Positions 1 to 8,930 of a stretch of DNA of 64,000 nucleotides are shown one piece after another. The stretch comes from Candidatus Woesearchaeota archaeon (GTDB lineage Archaea; Nanobdellota; Nanobdellia; Woesearchaeales; GCA-2687795). The number at the start of each line of letters is the position of its first letter. Position 1 is the first letter of the stretch. Both the position numbers and the translations under genes were made by a program. The stretch spans positions 24,557 to 88,556 of the forward strand of contig NZBG01000003.1 in assembly GCA_002687795.1 (NCBI GenBank), read 5' to 3'. The notes beneath the pieces were generated by a model. That model saw nothing but the letters and a program-made list of their open reading frames with translations, was not told where the DNA came from and did not search any database.

Positions 1-376
1 TAGGCCATTCATTAAAAACACTATTAATAAACTCAGCCTCTTCATCATCCTTGGAATTAATCCCCAGCAATATAGCAGACCTGTTCAGCAGCATCAGCCT
101 TTTATACAATGCATACAGCCTTTCCTTCTCTTCATCCTCAAAAAACTTGCACTCATGCATGCTTGCAAGCGAAGCAGTATCAGGCTGCAAAGAGCCCTCT
201 ATTATCTCGCAAAAGAAATCTATCTTCTCAATCATCTTCTTCCTTATATCCCTTAACAAGAAATCATCCTTATCAATGCTGCTCAGCTCAAACTCCATAT
301 CCAGCTTTCCAAAAGCCGGCAGACTATACTTTGTTTTCAGATAATTATACTTCCTTTTAAGATGCTCAGCAGCCAT
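1..376 (-). CDS. hypothetical protein, 3'-truncated by window edge
   Basis: Open frame from the ATG at complement 374-376 runs off position 1 with no stop (MAAEHLKRKYNYLKTKYSLPAFGKLDMEFELSSIDKDDFLL...). It is missing from the ORF track because it has no stop. The + strand track ORFs 51-344 and 109-360 are low-complexity shadows of it. Confidence 0.45.
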   Translation of the reverse strand, partial: MAAEHLKRKYNYLKTKYSLPAFGKLDMEFELSSIDKDDFLLRDIRKKMIEKIDFFCEIIEGSLQPDTASLASMHECKFFEDEEKERLYALYKRLMLLNRSAILLGINSKDDEEAEFINSVFNEWP

Positions 377-522
377 TTTTCTATGTTGCGAATAAGGTTT
401 CTATATTAATATCTTTCTATAGAATCATGCTTCTTTACCAAAAAATTTATAATACAAATACACTGTTTTAAAAGCATGCCACCAGAAAACCTGAATTATT
501 TCTCTAAAAAGCTTCATATAAA

Positions 523-1353
523 ATGAAAACCTCAAAACTAAGGATTGACTATCACTTCCATCCAAACCTCCCAAAAAATAATCAAAGAGCATTAAAGAAA
601 TGCAGATATTGGTGGGAAAAACTAAAAGAAAACAATATCCAATGCCTTATCATAACAGAGCATTCCTATAAAAACCCCAGGAGAGCTTTTGAGCTTATGG
701 ACAAAGCCAGGCCGAAAGGCTTTTTCTGTTTCCCTGGAATGGAATATATCACCAAAGAAGGGATTGACATAATTGTTTTCTCTGACACACCCAAAATTTA
801 CGGACTTGATGAACTGAAACCTTTCAGGCTGAAATATAATGATTTGGTTGACTTTGTTTTATCTAAAAAAAATCTTTTTGCGTTTGTTACCCATCCATAT
901 ATATTAGGGACAACTTCTGTAATACGCAACCTCAACAGAAAAGATTACACAAAAGCAGTGAACTTACTAGGCGCTGTTGAGATATCAAACAGCGTCTATG
1001 ATAATCTGGAAATCATTATGAAAAAAATTCCCTTTAACATAATATTCAAACAAAAGCTTGAAAATATTAAAAAGACAAGGGACCTCCCAAAATCAGATTA
1101 CCCTAAAGATATAAAATTCCTTGCAGCTGGAAGCGATGCTACATATACTCAAGAGCTTGGGAACTGTTTTGAAATAGATCTCCCTAAAAAAGAGGTTCCA
1201 TCAAACATTTTCCAATACGTTGCAAAAAATAAGGGGAAAGGAAGAGTATCTGTAAAAGAGAAAAAACTTAACTTACTATTACTGCTCCAAACTGCATCCA
1301 CAGTATTTAATGAATTCTTAATAAAAGTTATCCTAAGAATTAAAGGTGTATAA
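523..1353 (+). CDS. PHP-domain metal-dependent phosphoesterase (putative)
   Basis: N-terminal DYHFHPN and ITEHS motifs are typical of the PHP fold. 276 aa track ORF. Confidence 0.55.
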   Translation: MKTSKLRIDYHFHPNLPKNNQRALKKCRYWWEKLKENNIQCLIITEHSYKNPRRAFELMDKARPKGFFCFPGMEYITKEGIDIIVFSDTPKIYGLDELKPFRLKYNDLVDFVLSKKNLFAFVTHPYILGTTSVIRNLNRKDYTKAVNLLGAVEISNSVYDNLEIIMKKIPFNIIFKQKLENIKKTRDLPKSDYPKDIKFLAAGSDATYTQELGNCFEIDLPKKEVPSNIFQYVAKNKGKGRVSVKEKKLNLLLLLQTASTVFNEFLIKVILRIKGV

Positions 1354-1357
1354 AATA

Positions 1358-1906
1358 TTAACTTTCCTTCCCGCACTTCTCGCACATCAGCACGCTGTCC
1401 TTATTAGTCAGCTCCTCTGAATACTCTCCGCAGGTCTGGCACACTCCCTCTTTCTCCTTTAAATTGCTGATTGGCTTTCTCTCCTCTTCCCTTAGCTCAA
1501 TCTTCTCCACCAGAATATCAAACAGCTGAGGCTCTATCTTCAATATATCATTCAATGTTAGAATACCAACAAGCCTGTTATCATCCATAACCGGGAGATG
1601 CCTCACATCTGTATCCCTCATCAAAATCAATGCCTCAAAGATATCCTTCTCAGGAGAAATCGAAGTTATATTAGTCTCCATAATGTCCTTAATCTGTTTC
1701 TTCAGAGGATTAAGGCCTTCAGCAACCATCTTCCTCACTATATCCTTCTCTGTCATAATGCCGCTTACCTTCTCCTCCTCTTTAATAATAAGGGCTCCAA
1801 CATCATTATCCTTCATTATCTTTGCGCAGGTTTCCAGGCTCTCAGTAGGTCTGACATAAATCACCTTCTCGGTCATTGCATCGCATACTTTATAGCCTGT
1901 TTTCAT
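1358..1906 (-). CDS. CBS-domain pair protein with C-terminal zinc ribbon
   Basis: Two CBS repeats (VGALIIKEE..., HLPVMDDNRLVGILTLNDIL) followed by CQTCG...CEKCG. Confidence 0.75.
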   Translation of the reverse strand: MKTGYKVCDAMTEKVIYVRPTESLETCAKIMKDNDVGALIIKEEEKVSGIMTEKDIVRKMVAEGLNPLKKQIKDIMETNITSISPEKDIFEALILMRDTDVRHLPVMDDNRLVGILTLNDILKIEPQLFDILVEKIELREEERKPISNLKEKEGVCQTCGEYSEELTNKDSVLMCEKCGKES

Positions 1907-1907
1907 G

Positions 1908-3761
1908 TTAGTAATTAACCAAAACCTCTACATCCTTACCAAATACCCTTTTCAGATCCTCAAATATTGGCTCTTTAATGAACACCTTAGGAGGAATCTC
2001 CACCTTTGACAACGCTTTCTCCAGCTCTTCCAGGCTGCTTTTCTCTATTGTGCCAATACTGCCGTTAGGCTTTATCTTAGCCTTTGAAAGCTCTTTTTCC
2101 TCATGGTCTATATCATGGATAATATAAGCCTCATTCCCAAGCAGGATAACCTCTCCAAACCTGTTTCCATGCTTTACCCTTATCCTTGCCTTCTCCAGTT
2201 CCCTTCCTCTCTTTCTCTGCATATACTCGACCAGGAACTTAATAAACTCCCTGCTCTCCTTCTTTACCTTCTCAACCTCTGGCTTAGTAAGCTTCTTCTC
2301 ATCATAATCCTTCTTCCCTTGGATAATATTATTCAGTATCCTTAAAAACTTCACAGGCACTTTACCCTGGGAAATCAGCTCATTCTCAAATATATTTACA
2401 ATCTCTATATCACTCACCTTTTCTATGCCCTCTAACCTTAACACATCCCTTATCATCGTAACTACAGTATCATAAACATGCACCATGCCTTCTTCCTCTT
2501 TAATCCTCTCTATCCTTGAAAACAATTTCTTAATCATCTTAAGATACTTCTCTGCATCGCTCAGCAATTTATCAATCTCCTTGCCAGTTAACTCTTTCCT
2601 CTCCCCATGCTCTATATCCTTCCTTGTATTAATAACAGCTTCCAGTATGTTAAGATACTTTTCCTCGAAAAGCTTCTCCTTCTTGACAAAGATTTCCCTC
2701 ATCAGCTCAGGGGTTTCCTTAGGCGCTGGAGGAGGAATGCCATACAGCATCAGGGCAGCCTGCGAAGGAGTTAAGATTGCATAATAAATATCTTCCATCC
2801 CTATATCTTTAAGCTTGAGATGCACTCTCTTCAGCATCTGCTCCCCGCTTACCATGAACATATCAATCGCTTCATAGCTTGGCTTGATCTTGCCCATCTT
2901 CAGCAACTGTTTCCATGGCATGAAGATTCCCCTGTCATAGAAAGGCACGCCGTCCCTAAGCAAAGTAAAAATAATTGGGTTTGCTTCCTTAAGCGAATCC
3001 CAGAAATCCGTTAATATATACACCTGGATATTCAGCTTATTCTTAACCCCTGTAAGTTCACCGGCCTCTATGCCCATGCCTATAATAATAGCCCTAAGCT
3101 TATCCTTCAGCTCAGCCCTTGTCATCCTCTTAACATCAGTATCATCAATAACAATCCATACATCAATATCAGACGTCTTGGTAGCCCTGCCCTGGACCAA
3201 AGAGCCAGCAAGAACATAGCTCACAATATATTTCTCAAACTTCTTAAGCACCATTGTCTTATGTATCTCAGCTATCTTAATAGCCTGCAACATTCCTGTA
3301 TCATGTATAGGCGCAGACACAGCTATCAGCTGCAATAATTCATGCTTTGCATCATAACAATTCTGCCATAGCTCAGACAGTATAACCACTGAAGGCACAA
3401 TATTCTTATCAATCTTTTCCGCAATACTCTTAATAATTGTGCCGAGCTTATTCCTCAGCTCCTCTTTTGACATCTTTTTAGAATCAGTATCATCCACAAG
3501 AACAAGCACATTTATCTTATCTTTATCCTGCTCTTTTCCTTCTCCCTGCTTCTTAGGTGGCAGTAGCGCGATTCCTGCTATATACTTGCCGAACTTTTCA
3601 TTAACCTTCTTCTTAAAAATATCCAGCTTTCCCTTTATCGCCTTTAGCTTTTTCTGGACATCCTTTGGTATCTTAGAAACATCAATATCTTTCATCCCTT
3701 TTGGGATAACTTCTCCACTGTTGGTATTAGGCTTTTCTTCTTTTAGATAATTCTTCTCCAT
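1908..3761 (-). CDS. protein with two tandem minimal nucleotidyltransferase domains and a helical C-terminal region
   Basis: Two Pol-beta/MNT-like cores: INVLVLVDDTD and GSLVQGRATKTSDIDVWIVIDDTD. The helical tail is HEPN-like in character. Confidence 0.6.
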   Translation of the reverse strand: MEKNYLKEEKPNTNSGEVIPKGMKDIDVSKIPKDVQKKLKAIKGKLDIFKKKVNEKFGKYIAGIALLPPKKQGEGKEQDKDKINVLVLVDDTDSKKMSKEELRNKLGTIIKSIAEKIDKNIVPSVVILSELWQNCYDAKHELLQLIAVSAPIHDTGMLQAIKIAEIHKTMVLKKFEKYIVSYVLAGSLVQGRATKTSDIDVWIVIDDTDVKRMTRAELKDKLRAIIIGMGIEAGELTGVKNKLNIQVYILTDFWDSLKEANPIIFTLLRDGVPFYDRGIFMPWKQLLKMGKIKPSYEAIDMFMVSGEQMLKRVHLKLKDIGMEDIYYAILTPSQAALMLYGIPPPAPKETPELMREIFVKKEKLFEEKYLNILEAVINTRKDIEHGERKELTGKEIDKLLSDAEKYLKMIKKLFSRIERIKEEEGMVHVYDTVVTMIRDVLRLEGIEKVSDIEIVNIFENELISQGKVPVKFLRILNNIIQGKKDYDEKKLTKPEVEKVKKESREFIKFLVEYMQRKRGRELEKARIRVKHGNRFGEVILLGNEAYIIHDIDHEEKELSKAKIKPNGSIGTIEKSSLEELEKALSKVEIPPKVFIKEPIFEDLKRVFGKDVEVLVNY

Positions 3762-3825
3762 TTACAACCCCCAGATAAGGATATTGATTGGGAAAATACT
3801 ATATAAACTCTTCGATTATATGTAT

Positions 3826-4428
3826 TTATTCTTCAGTGAAATCTTCAGGTGTCTCTTTTAAATCTTCTGCTGTCTTAATAAGTCCCCTGTTAACAAGATA
3901 CTCTCTTGTCAGGATCCAGAAAAAAAGCCCAAGGCTCTTTTTCCCTTTATTATTACATGGCACAACAAGATCAATATTATTTGTCTGGTTATTTGTATCG
4001 CACAAAGCAATAACCGGGATACCTATCTTAATAGCATCCTTAACAGCATTCCTATCCGGCCATGAATCTGTTACCAACACCACTTTAGGCTCTATATAAC
4101 TATCCAGATTAGAATTTGTCAGAATCCCTGGAGGATACCTGCCTGCAAACACCTTAACGCCTGTAAGCTTGTTAAACAGCTTAACTGCTTTCCAGCCATT
4201 CTCCCTTCTGCTCACAATCAGGATATCTTCAGGTGCATATTGTGATAAGAACTTAGTGCAAACCCTTATTCTCTCATCTATCTTTTGTAAATTTAATACG
4301 CTCAAACCATCAGGCCTGGTCTTATAAATAAACTGCTCCATATACTTTGTCCTGAACTTAGTGCCTATATGAATCCCTGACTTAAGGTAAGCATCATTCG
4401 GCACCAAAAACTTCTGTTGTTCTTCCAT
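3826..4428 (-). CDS. rps2: 30S ribosomal protein S2 (uS2)
   Basis: LKSGIHIGTKFRTKYMEQFIYKTRPDGLSVLNLQKIDERI and a C-terminal VPCNNKGKKSLGL pattern, as in archaeal uS2. Confidence 0.9.
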   Translation of the reverse strand: MEEQQKFLVPNDAYLKSGIHIGTKFRTKYMEQFIYKTRPDGLSVLNLQKIDERIRVCTKFLSQYAPEDILIVSRRENGWKAVKLFNKLTGVKVFAGRYPPGILTNSNLDSYIEPKVVLVTDSWPDRNAVKDAIKIGIPVIALCDTNNQTNNIDLVVPCNNKGKKSLGLFFWILTREYLVNRGLIKTAEDLKETPEDFTEE

Positions 4429-4610
4429 TTTATTTATTATTATTTTATGCTAACAACAGTTCAAGAAAATGAACTGCAGTTTTTATTGCCTCATGCAGTG
4501 TTGTATAAATAAGGCTTTATACGTTGGCAATAATATAAGGATTGTATATTTGTTTATAAATGTTTTTGTTTATAACAAACTATAAATAATAGCTAATCTT
4601 CCATCAAAAT

Positions 4611-6419
4611 ATGACCAAACCATACATAACTGATACATCTGTTGTAATAGAAAAGCAGGTCACAAAGTTAGTAAAGAAAAAGGAAATCAAAGGAACCCTT
4701 CTTATCCCCAAGGCTGTGATAGCAGAGCTTGAGAACCAGGCAAACAAAGGCCAGGAAACCGGCCTGATAGGATTAGAAGAACTGCAATTCTTACAAAAAT
4801 TAGCAAAAGAAGATGCCATTAAGCTGGAGTTTGTAGGTGACAGGCCCAACATTTTCCAGATAAAGAATGCCAAAACCGGCGGAGAGATAGACGCCTTAAT
4901 AATCAGCCTTGCTTATGACAACGATGCCATCCTGATAACAGCAGACAAGGTCCAGGCAGAGTCTGCCAAAGCCTTTGGCCTTGAAGTTAATTTTATCGAA
5001 ACCAAGCAGCCCAAGGAAAAGCTGGAGATAGAAAGTTTCTTTGACGAGCAGACAATGTCCATCCATATCAAAGAAGACTGCTTAGTTCTGGGAAAAAAAG
5101 GAAAGCCCGGCGACTGGAACCTTGTGCAGGCTAACAAAGAAATCCTCCCGGCCCAGAAAGTGCAGAACATGGCAAAAGAGGTTGTTGAAAAATCAAGGAT
5201 AGACCCAAAAGCATTCATAGAAATCTCAAGGGAAGGCTCTACGGTTGTCCAATACAAAAATTACAGGATTGTGATAACAAAACCTCCGGTCTCTGATGGT
5301 TGGGAAATAACTGTTGTCAAGCCCTTGAAAAGGCTTAATATTGAAGACTATAAGCTCCCTGAACAAATCTCAGAGAGGATCAAAGGAAAAGCAAGAGGAG
5401 TTATCATCGCCGGGGAAACCGGCTCAGGAAAAAGCACATTAGCGCAGGCAGTGGCAGAGTTTTACATGAACGATGGCAATGTTGTAAAAACAGTAGAAAG
5501 CCCCCGTGACCTGCAGCTCCCAGACCAGATAACCCAATACTCAAAAAACTTTACCTCAAGCGAAGAGATCCATGACATACTATTCCTATCAAGGCCGGAC
5601 AACATAATCTTTGACGAAGTAAGAGACACCCCGGACTTCAAGCTATACACCGACTTAAGATTAGCAGGCTCCAATTGTTTAGGAGTGCTCCACTCAGCCT
5701 CTCCCATAGACGCTATCCAGAGGTTTATAGGAAGGATGGATCTTGGCATGATACCTTCTGTCCTTGACACAATACTATTCGTTGAAAAAGGCAACATAAG
5801 CAAAGTCTTAAGCCTTCAGATGGTTGTAAAAGTACCCACAGGCATGACAGAAGCTGACCTTGCAAGGCCTGTTGTTGTGGTAACAGACTATCTAACAAAA
5901 AAGCTGGAATATGAGCTTTACTCTTACGGCGAAGAAACCGTTGTGATACCAGTCAAAGCCCAGACATCCACACCCAGCCAAAAGCTTGCAGCTTCCGCTA
6001 TCCAAAACAGGTTCAGGAAATACTCAGACGAAGCTGAAGTTGATGTTATCAGCGGCAACAAATGCATTGTATATGTACCTGAAAACATGATAGCAAGGAT
6101 CATAGGCAAAGAAGGAAAAACCATAGAAACCATAGAAAAAGAACTGGGCATCAACATAGATATCCAGGAACTAAAGCCGAAGCAAGGCAAAGGAAAAAAT
6201 GAGGTTCAGTTTGAATCAAAGCTATCCAAGAGTGGAGTTAAGCTCTTCCTTGGCGCAAAGATGCAGAACAAAGACGTAGACATCTATATAGGAGATGACT
6301 TCTTACTAACAGCCAAAGCAGGCAAAACCGGCGTTATCAAAGTCCACAAAGGAAACAAGATCGGCAAGATATTAATGGACGCTCTGCAGATGGGTGAGAG
6401 GGTAAGGCTTGAAGGTTAG
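4611..6419 (+). CDS. PIN domain - PilT-like ATPase - KH domain protein
   Basis: N-terminal PIN-like region, Walker A GETGSGKST, and a C-terminal KH-like IIGKEGKTIETIEKELG. This architecture is known from archaeal COG1855-type ATPases. Confidence 0.7.
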   Translation: MTKPYITDTSVVIEKQVTKLVKKKEIKGTLLIPKAVIAELENQANKGQETGLIGLEELQFLQKLAKEDAIKLEFVGDRPNIFQIKNAKTGGEIDALIISLAYDNDAILITADKVQAESAKAFGLEVNFIETKQPKEKLEIESFFDEQTMSIHIKEDCLVLGKKGKPGDWNLVQANKEILPAQKVQNMAKEVVEKSRIDPKAFIEISREGSTVVQYKNYRIVITKPPVSDGWEITVVKPLKRLNIEDYKLPEQISERIKGKARGVIIAGETGSGKSTLAQAVAEFYMNDGNVVKTVESPRDLQLPDQITQYSKNFTSSEEIHDILFLSRPDNIIFDEVRDTPDFKLYTDLRLAGSNCLGVLHSASPIDAIQRFIGRMDLGMIPSVLDTILFVEKGNISKVLSLQMVVKVPTGMTEADLARPVVVVTDYLTKKLEYELYSYGEETVVIPVKAQTSTPSQKLAASAIQNRFRKYSDEAEVDVISGNKCIVYVPENMIARIIGKEGKTIETIEKELGINIDIQELKPKQGKGKNEVQFESKLSKSGVKLFLGAKMQNKDVDIYIGDDFLLTAKAGKTGVIKVHKGNKIGKILMDALQMGERVRLEG

Positions 6420-6462
6420 AAATCGAAACCCTTAAATATAATCCAGGAATTCTTATAGTTTA

Positions 6463-6537
6463 ATGAGAGAAAATATCGCAAAGCTAAACCTGAATAATTC
6501 TTTGTTACTGTTAGCTTTGCTTCTGTTACTGTTATAA
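6463..6537 (+). CDS. 24-codon leucine-rich leader peptide (MRENIAKLNLNNSLLLLALLLLLL)
   Basis: ATG 6463 to TAA 6535-6537. 10 of the last 11 sense codons are Leu (TTG, TTA, CTG, CTT). TATA-like TTAAATATA at 6432-6440 is spaced for a leaderless start. The ORF lies 92 nt upstream of leuA. It is too short for the ORF track. Confidence 0.6.
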   Translation: MRENIAKLNLNNSLLLLALLLLLL

Positions 6538-6564
6538 GCATTCCAATTCTTCTTGGAAATGCTT
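6536..6564 (+). promoter_or_regulatory. hairpin overlapping the leader stop codon (candidate attenuator/terminator stem)
   Basis: AAGCATTCCAA (6536-6546) pairs with TTGGAAATGCTT (6553-6564): 11 bp with a 1-nt bulge and a 6-nt loop. It is followed by U-rich CATTGTTATCACTTGTTTATTCTCT. Confidence 0.5.
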
Positions 6565-6629
6565 CATTGTTATCACTTGTTTATTCTCTAAAACTTTAAA
6601 AAATCTTTAAGGAGGAATAAAAAAATAAA

Positions 6630-8198
6630 ATGAAACAAAATGTGAACGATGGAAACAGGGTTTATGTATTCGATACTACATTAAGAGATGGTGAGCAAAC
6701 AGGTAGTACAAGAATGAATGCAGACGAGAAAATTCAGATTGCAAGACAACTTGAGATTCTTGGAGTTGATGTTATTGAAGCGGGGTTCCCTATTTCATCC
6801 CCGGAAGATTATAAGGCTGTGGAATTAATAGCAGCGGAAATTAAAGATCCAATAATCTGTGGTCTAACACGAGCTATACCTGAAGATATTGAGGTATGCG
6901 GCAGGGCTTTGTCAAAAGCCAAGAAACCAAGAATTCATACAGGAATCGGAGTGTCTGACATACACATAACGGGAAAATTTGGAGACGAGAAATATGGAAC
7001 CACTTTAGATGAAAAAAAAGAGACAATTATAGAGATGGCAGTTTCTGCTGTGGGACTTGCCAGGGAATATACAGACGATGTAGAATTTTATGCAGAAGAT
7101 GCGGGAAGAGCAGATATTAGTTATCTTTTAACGGTAATTGAGCATGCTATAGATGCCGGAGCAACAACAGTAAATATCCCTGATACTACTGGCTATAGTA
7201 TTCCTAAACAATTCGGTGCTTTGATAATGACTGTAAGAGAGTCTGTCCCAAATATAGGCAGAGCAATAATCAGTGTGCATTGCCATAACGACTTAGGGAT
7301 GGCTGTTGCCAATACCCTATCCGGAATAGAAAACGGAGCTCAACAGGCAGATGGAACAATAAATGGAATAGGAGAAAGGGCAGGAAATGCTCCTATAGAA
7401 GAAATAGTTATGGCTTTGAAGACAAGAAAGGACTATTTTAACAAAGAAACTGGAATAAACACCAAAGAGATATACAGAACATGTCGTCTTGTCTCGGGGA
7501 TCACTGTCCCAATATCACCATATAAAGCTGTTAGTGGAGATAATGCGCACAAACATTCTTCAGGAATCCATGTAGATGGTTTTTTAAAAAAAAGAGAAAC
7601 TTATCAAATAATGGACAAGAGTGATGTCGGTTTTCCAGAAGACAGAGAATCTATTACATTAACATCACGTACTGGGAGACATGGATTAGGTCATAGACTT
7701 GAAGAACTTGGTTATGAAGTTAGTCGAGAAGAACTAGAAGAAGTTTATCAAAGGTTCCTAGGAATTGCTGACAGCAAGAAAATAGTAACCGATGGAGATT
7801 TAGAAGCAATTATGGAAGACAGGATTGCTGAACAAGTTCCTGAAGTCTATAAGTTAGATTATGTTCATGCAAGCGGCGGTAGTGAGCATATAATACCCAC
7901 AGCTACTGTGAGGTTAATTAAAGATGGTGAAAAGGAACCGCAAGAGTCTGCTGATTGTGGTGATGGTCCTATAGATGCTGTATATAATACTATAGACGGA
8001 ATAACAGGCATCAAAATCGAACTAGTTGGGTATAACATAAGTGCAGTAACAAAGGGGAAAGATGCTGTTGGGGAAGTTATCGTAAGAATAAGGAATAACG
8101 GCAATGTTGCAAGAGGCAGAGGAAGCAGCACAGATATTATAGAAGCCAGTGCCTTTGCTTATGTTAATGCCTTAAACAGGTTGCTTTACAGTATTTAG
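6630..8198 (+). CDS. leuA: 2-isopropylmalate synthase (bacterial-type LeuA with C-terminal regulatory domain)
   Basis: VYVFDTTLRDGEQ, HCHNDLGMAVANT, GIGERAGNAP and HSSGIHVDG motifs align along the whole length with E. coli LeuA as I recall it. GGAGG at 6611-6615. Confidence 0.85.
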   Translation: MKQNVNDGNRVYVFDTTLRDGEQTGSTRMNADEKIQIARQLEILGVDVIEAGFPISSPEDYKAVELIAAEIKDPIICGLTRAIPEDIEVCGRALSKAKKPRIHTGIGVSDIHITGKFGDEKYGTTLDEKKETIIEMAVSAVGLAREYTDDVEFYAEDAGRADISYLLTVIEHAIDAGATTVNIPDTTGYSIPKQFGALIMTVRESVPNIGRAIISVHCHNDLGMAVANTLSGIENGAQQADGTINGIGERAGNAPIEEIVMALKTRKDYFNKETGINTKEIYRTCRLVSGITVPISPYKAVSGDNAHKHSSGIHVDGFLKKRETYQIMDKSDVGFPEDRESITLTSRTGRHGLGHRLEELGYEVSREELEEVYQRFLGIADSKKIVTDGDLEAIMEDRIAEQVPEVYKLDYVHASGGSEHIIPTATVRLIKDGEKEPQESADCGDGPIDAVYNTIDGITGIKIELVGYNISAVTKGKDAVGEVIVRIRNNGNVARGRGSSTDIIEASAFAYVNALNRLLYSI

Positions 8199-8209
8199 GA
8201 AAAATAATC

Positions 8210-8233
8210 TTTTTTTATTTTTTATTTTTCTTT
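8210..8233 (+). terminator. oligo-T tracts after leuA
   Basis: T7, T6 and T5 runs begin 12 nt after the leuA stop. Archaeal RNAP terminates at oligo-T. Confidence 0.5.
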
Positions 8234-8282
8234 CTGAACCATTTCCACAACCTATTTAAACCACTTATCTTTATATCTGATA

Positions 8283-8930
8283 ATGAAGAAAAGAACTCTG
8301 CCTTACATAATCAGCATAGCCTTAATCATAATATTTCTCAAGATGCTGATTGACGTTCTGAACAATGGCCCAATCACAAACCTTGACACTCTGCTAAACA
8401 CAAAGCTTCAACTGTTATGGAACCCTTTGCTCAACAACATCATGATATTCATAACAAGGATTGCTGACACCATACCCCTAATCATTTTATCAGTTATATT
8501 ACTGGCAATCTTAATATACAAAAAAAGATTATACCATTCCTTACTATTAGCCTCTGCTCTTATCATTGGAGAAATATTCAAGCAAACCATCAAATTCCTT
8601 ATCCAGAGAGCAAGGCCTGAGAACGCCCTTATACATGCAGAGGGATTCAGCTTCCCAAGCGGCCATGCTACCACAGCAATTATTTTCTTTTCTCTGCTCA
8701 TTTATTTCTTTAAAGATAACATAAAAAACAAATTGTTAAAAAACCTCTTCATAGCAGCAAATATAACCCTTATCTTATTGATAGGATTCAGCAGGATTTA
8801 CCTTGGAGTGCACTGGCTAAGCGATGTTATTGCTGGGTTCTGTTTGGGATTATTTTTAGTAATCTTCTTGAGCCTTATATCTGACAGATTAGGTAACCTA
8901 TATAAAGAAAAGAAGCTTACCTTTTCCTGA
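8283..8930 (+). CDS. PAP2-family membrane phosphatase (polyprenyl-diphosphate phosphatase-like)
   Basis: The three PAP2 motifs are present: KxxxxxxRARP, PSGH and SRIYLGVHWLSD. Multiple TM segments. Confidence 0.8.
   Translation: MKKRTLPYIISIALIIIFLKMLIDVLNNGPITNLDTLLNTKLQLLWNPLLNNIMIFITRIADTIPLIILSVILLAILIYKKRLYHSLLLASALIIGEIFKQTIKFLIQRARPENALIHAEGFSFPSGHATTAIIFFSLLIYFFKDNIKNKLLKNLFIAANITLILLIGFSRIYLGVHWLSDVIAGFCLGLFLVIFLSLISDRLGNLYKEKKLTFS

Noticed and set aside
51-360. Track ORFs 51-344 and 109-360 on the + strand
   Set aside because: Their translations are low-complexity Ser/Leu-rich. The opposite strand carries an uninterrupted, protein-like frame with a start at 376 that runs off the window. 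These are shadow ORFs.
4455-4500. Hairpins CAGTTCA..TGAACTG and CTGCA..TGCAG between rps2 and the PIN-ATPase gene as a possible small RNA
   Set aside because: The stems are short, lie in an AT-rich divergent promoter region, and show no strand-specific G-U evidence or conserved motif. Support is insufficient.
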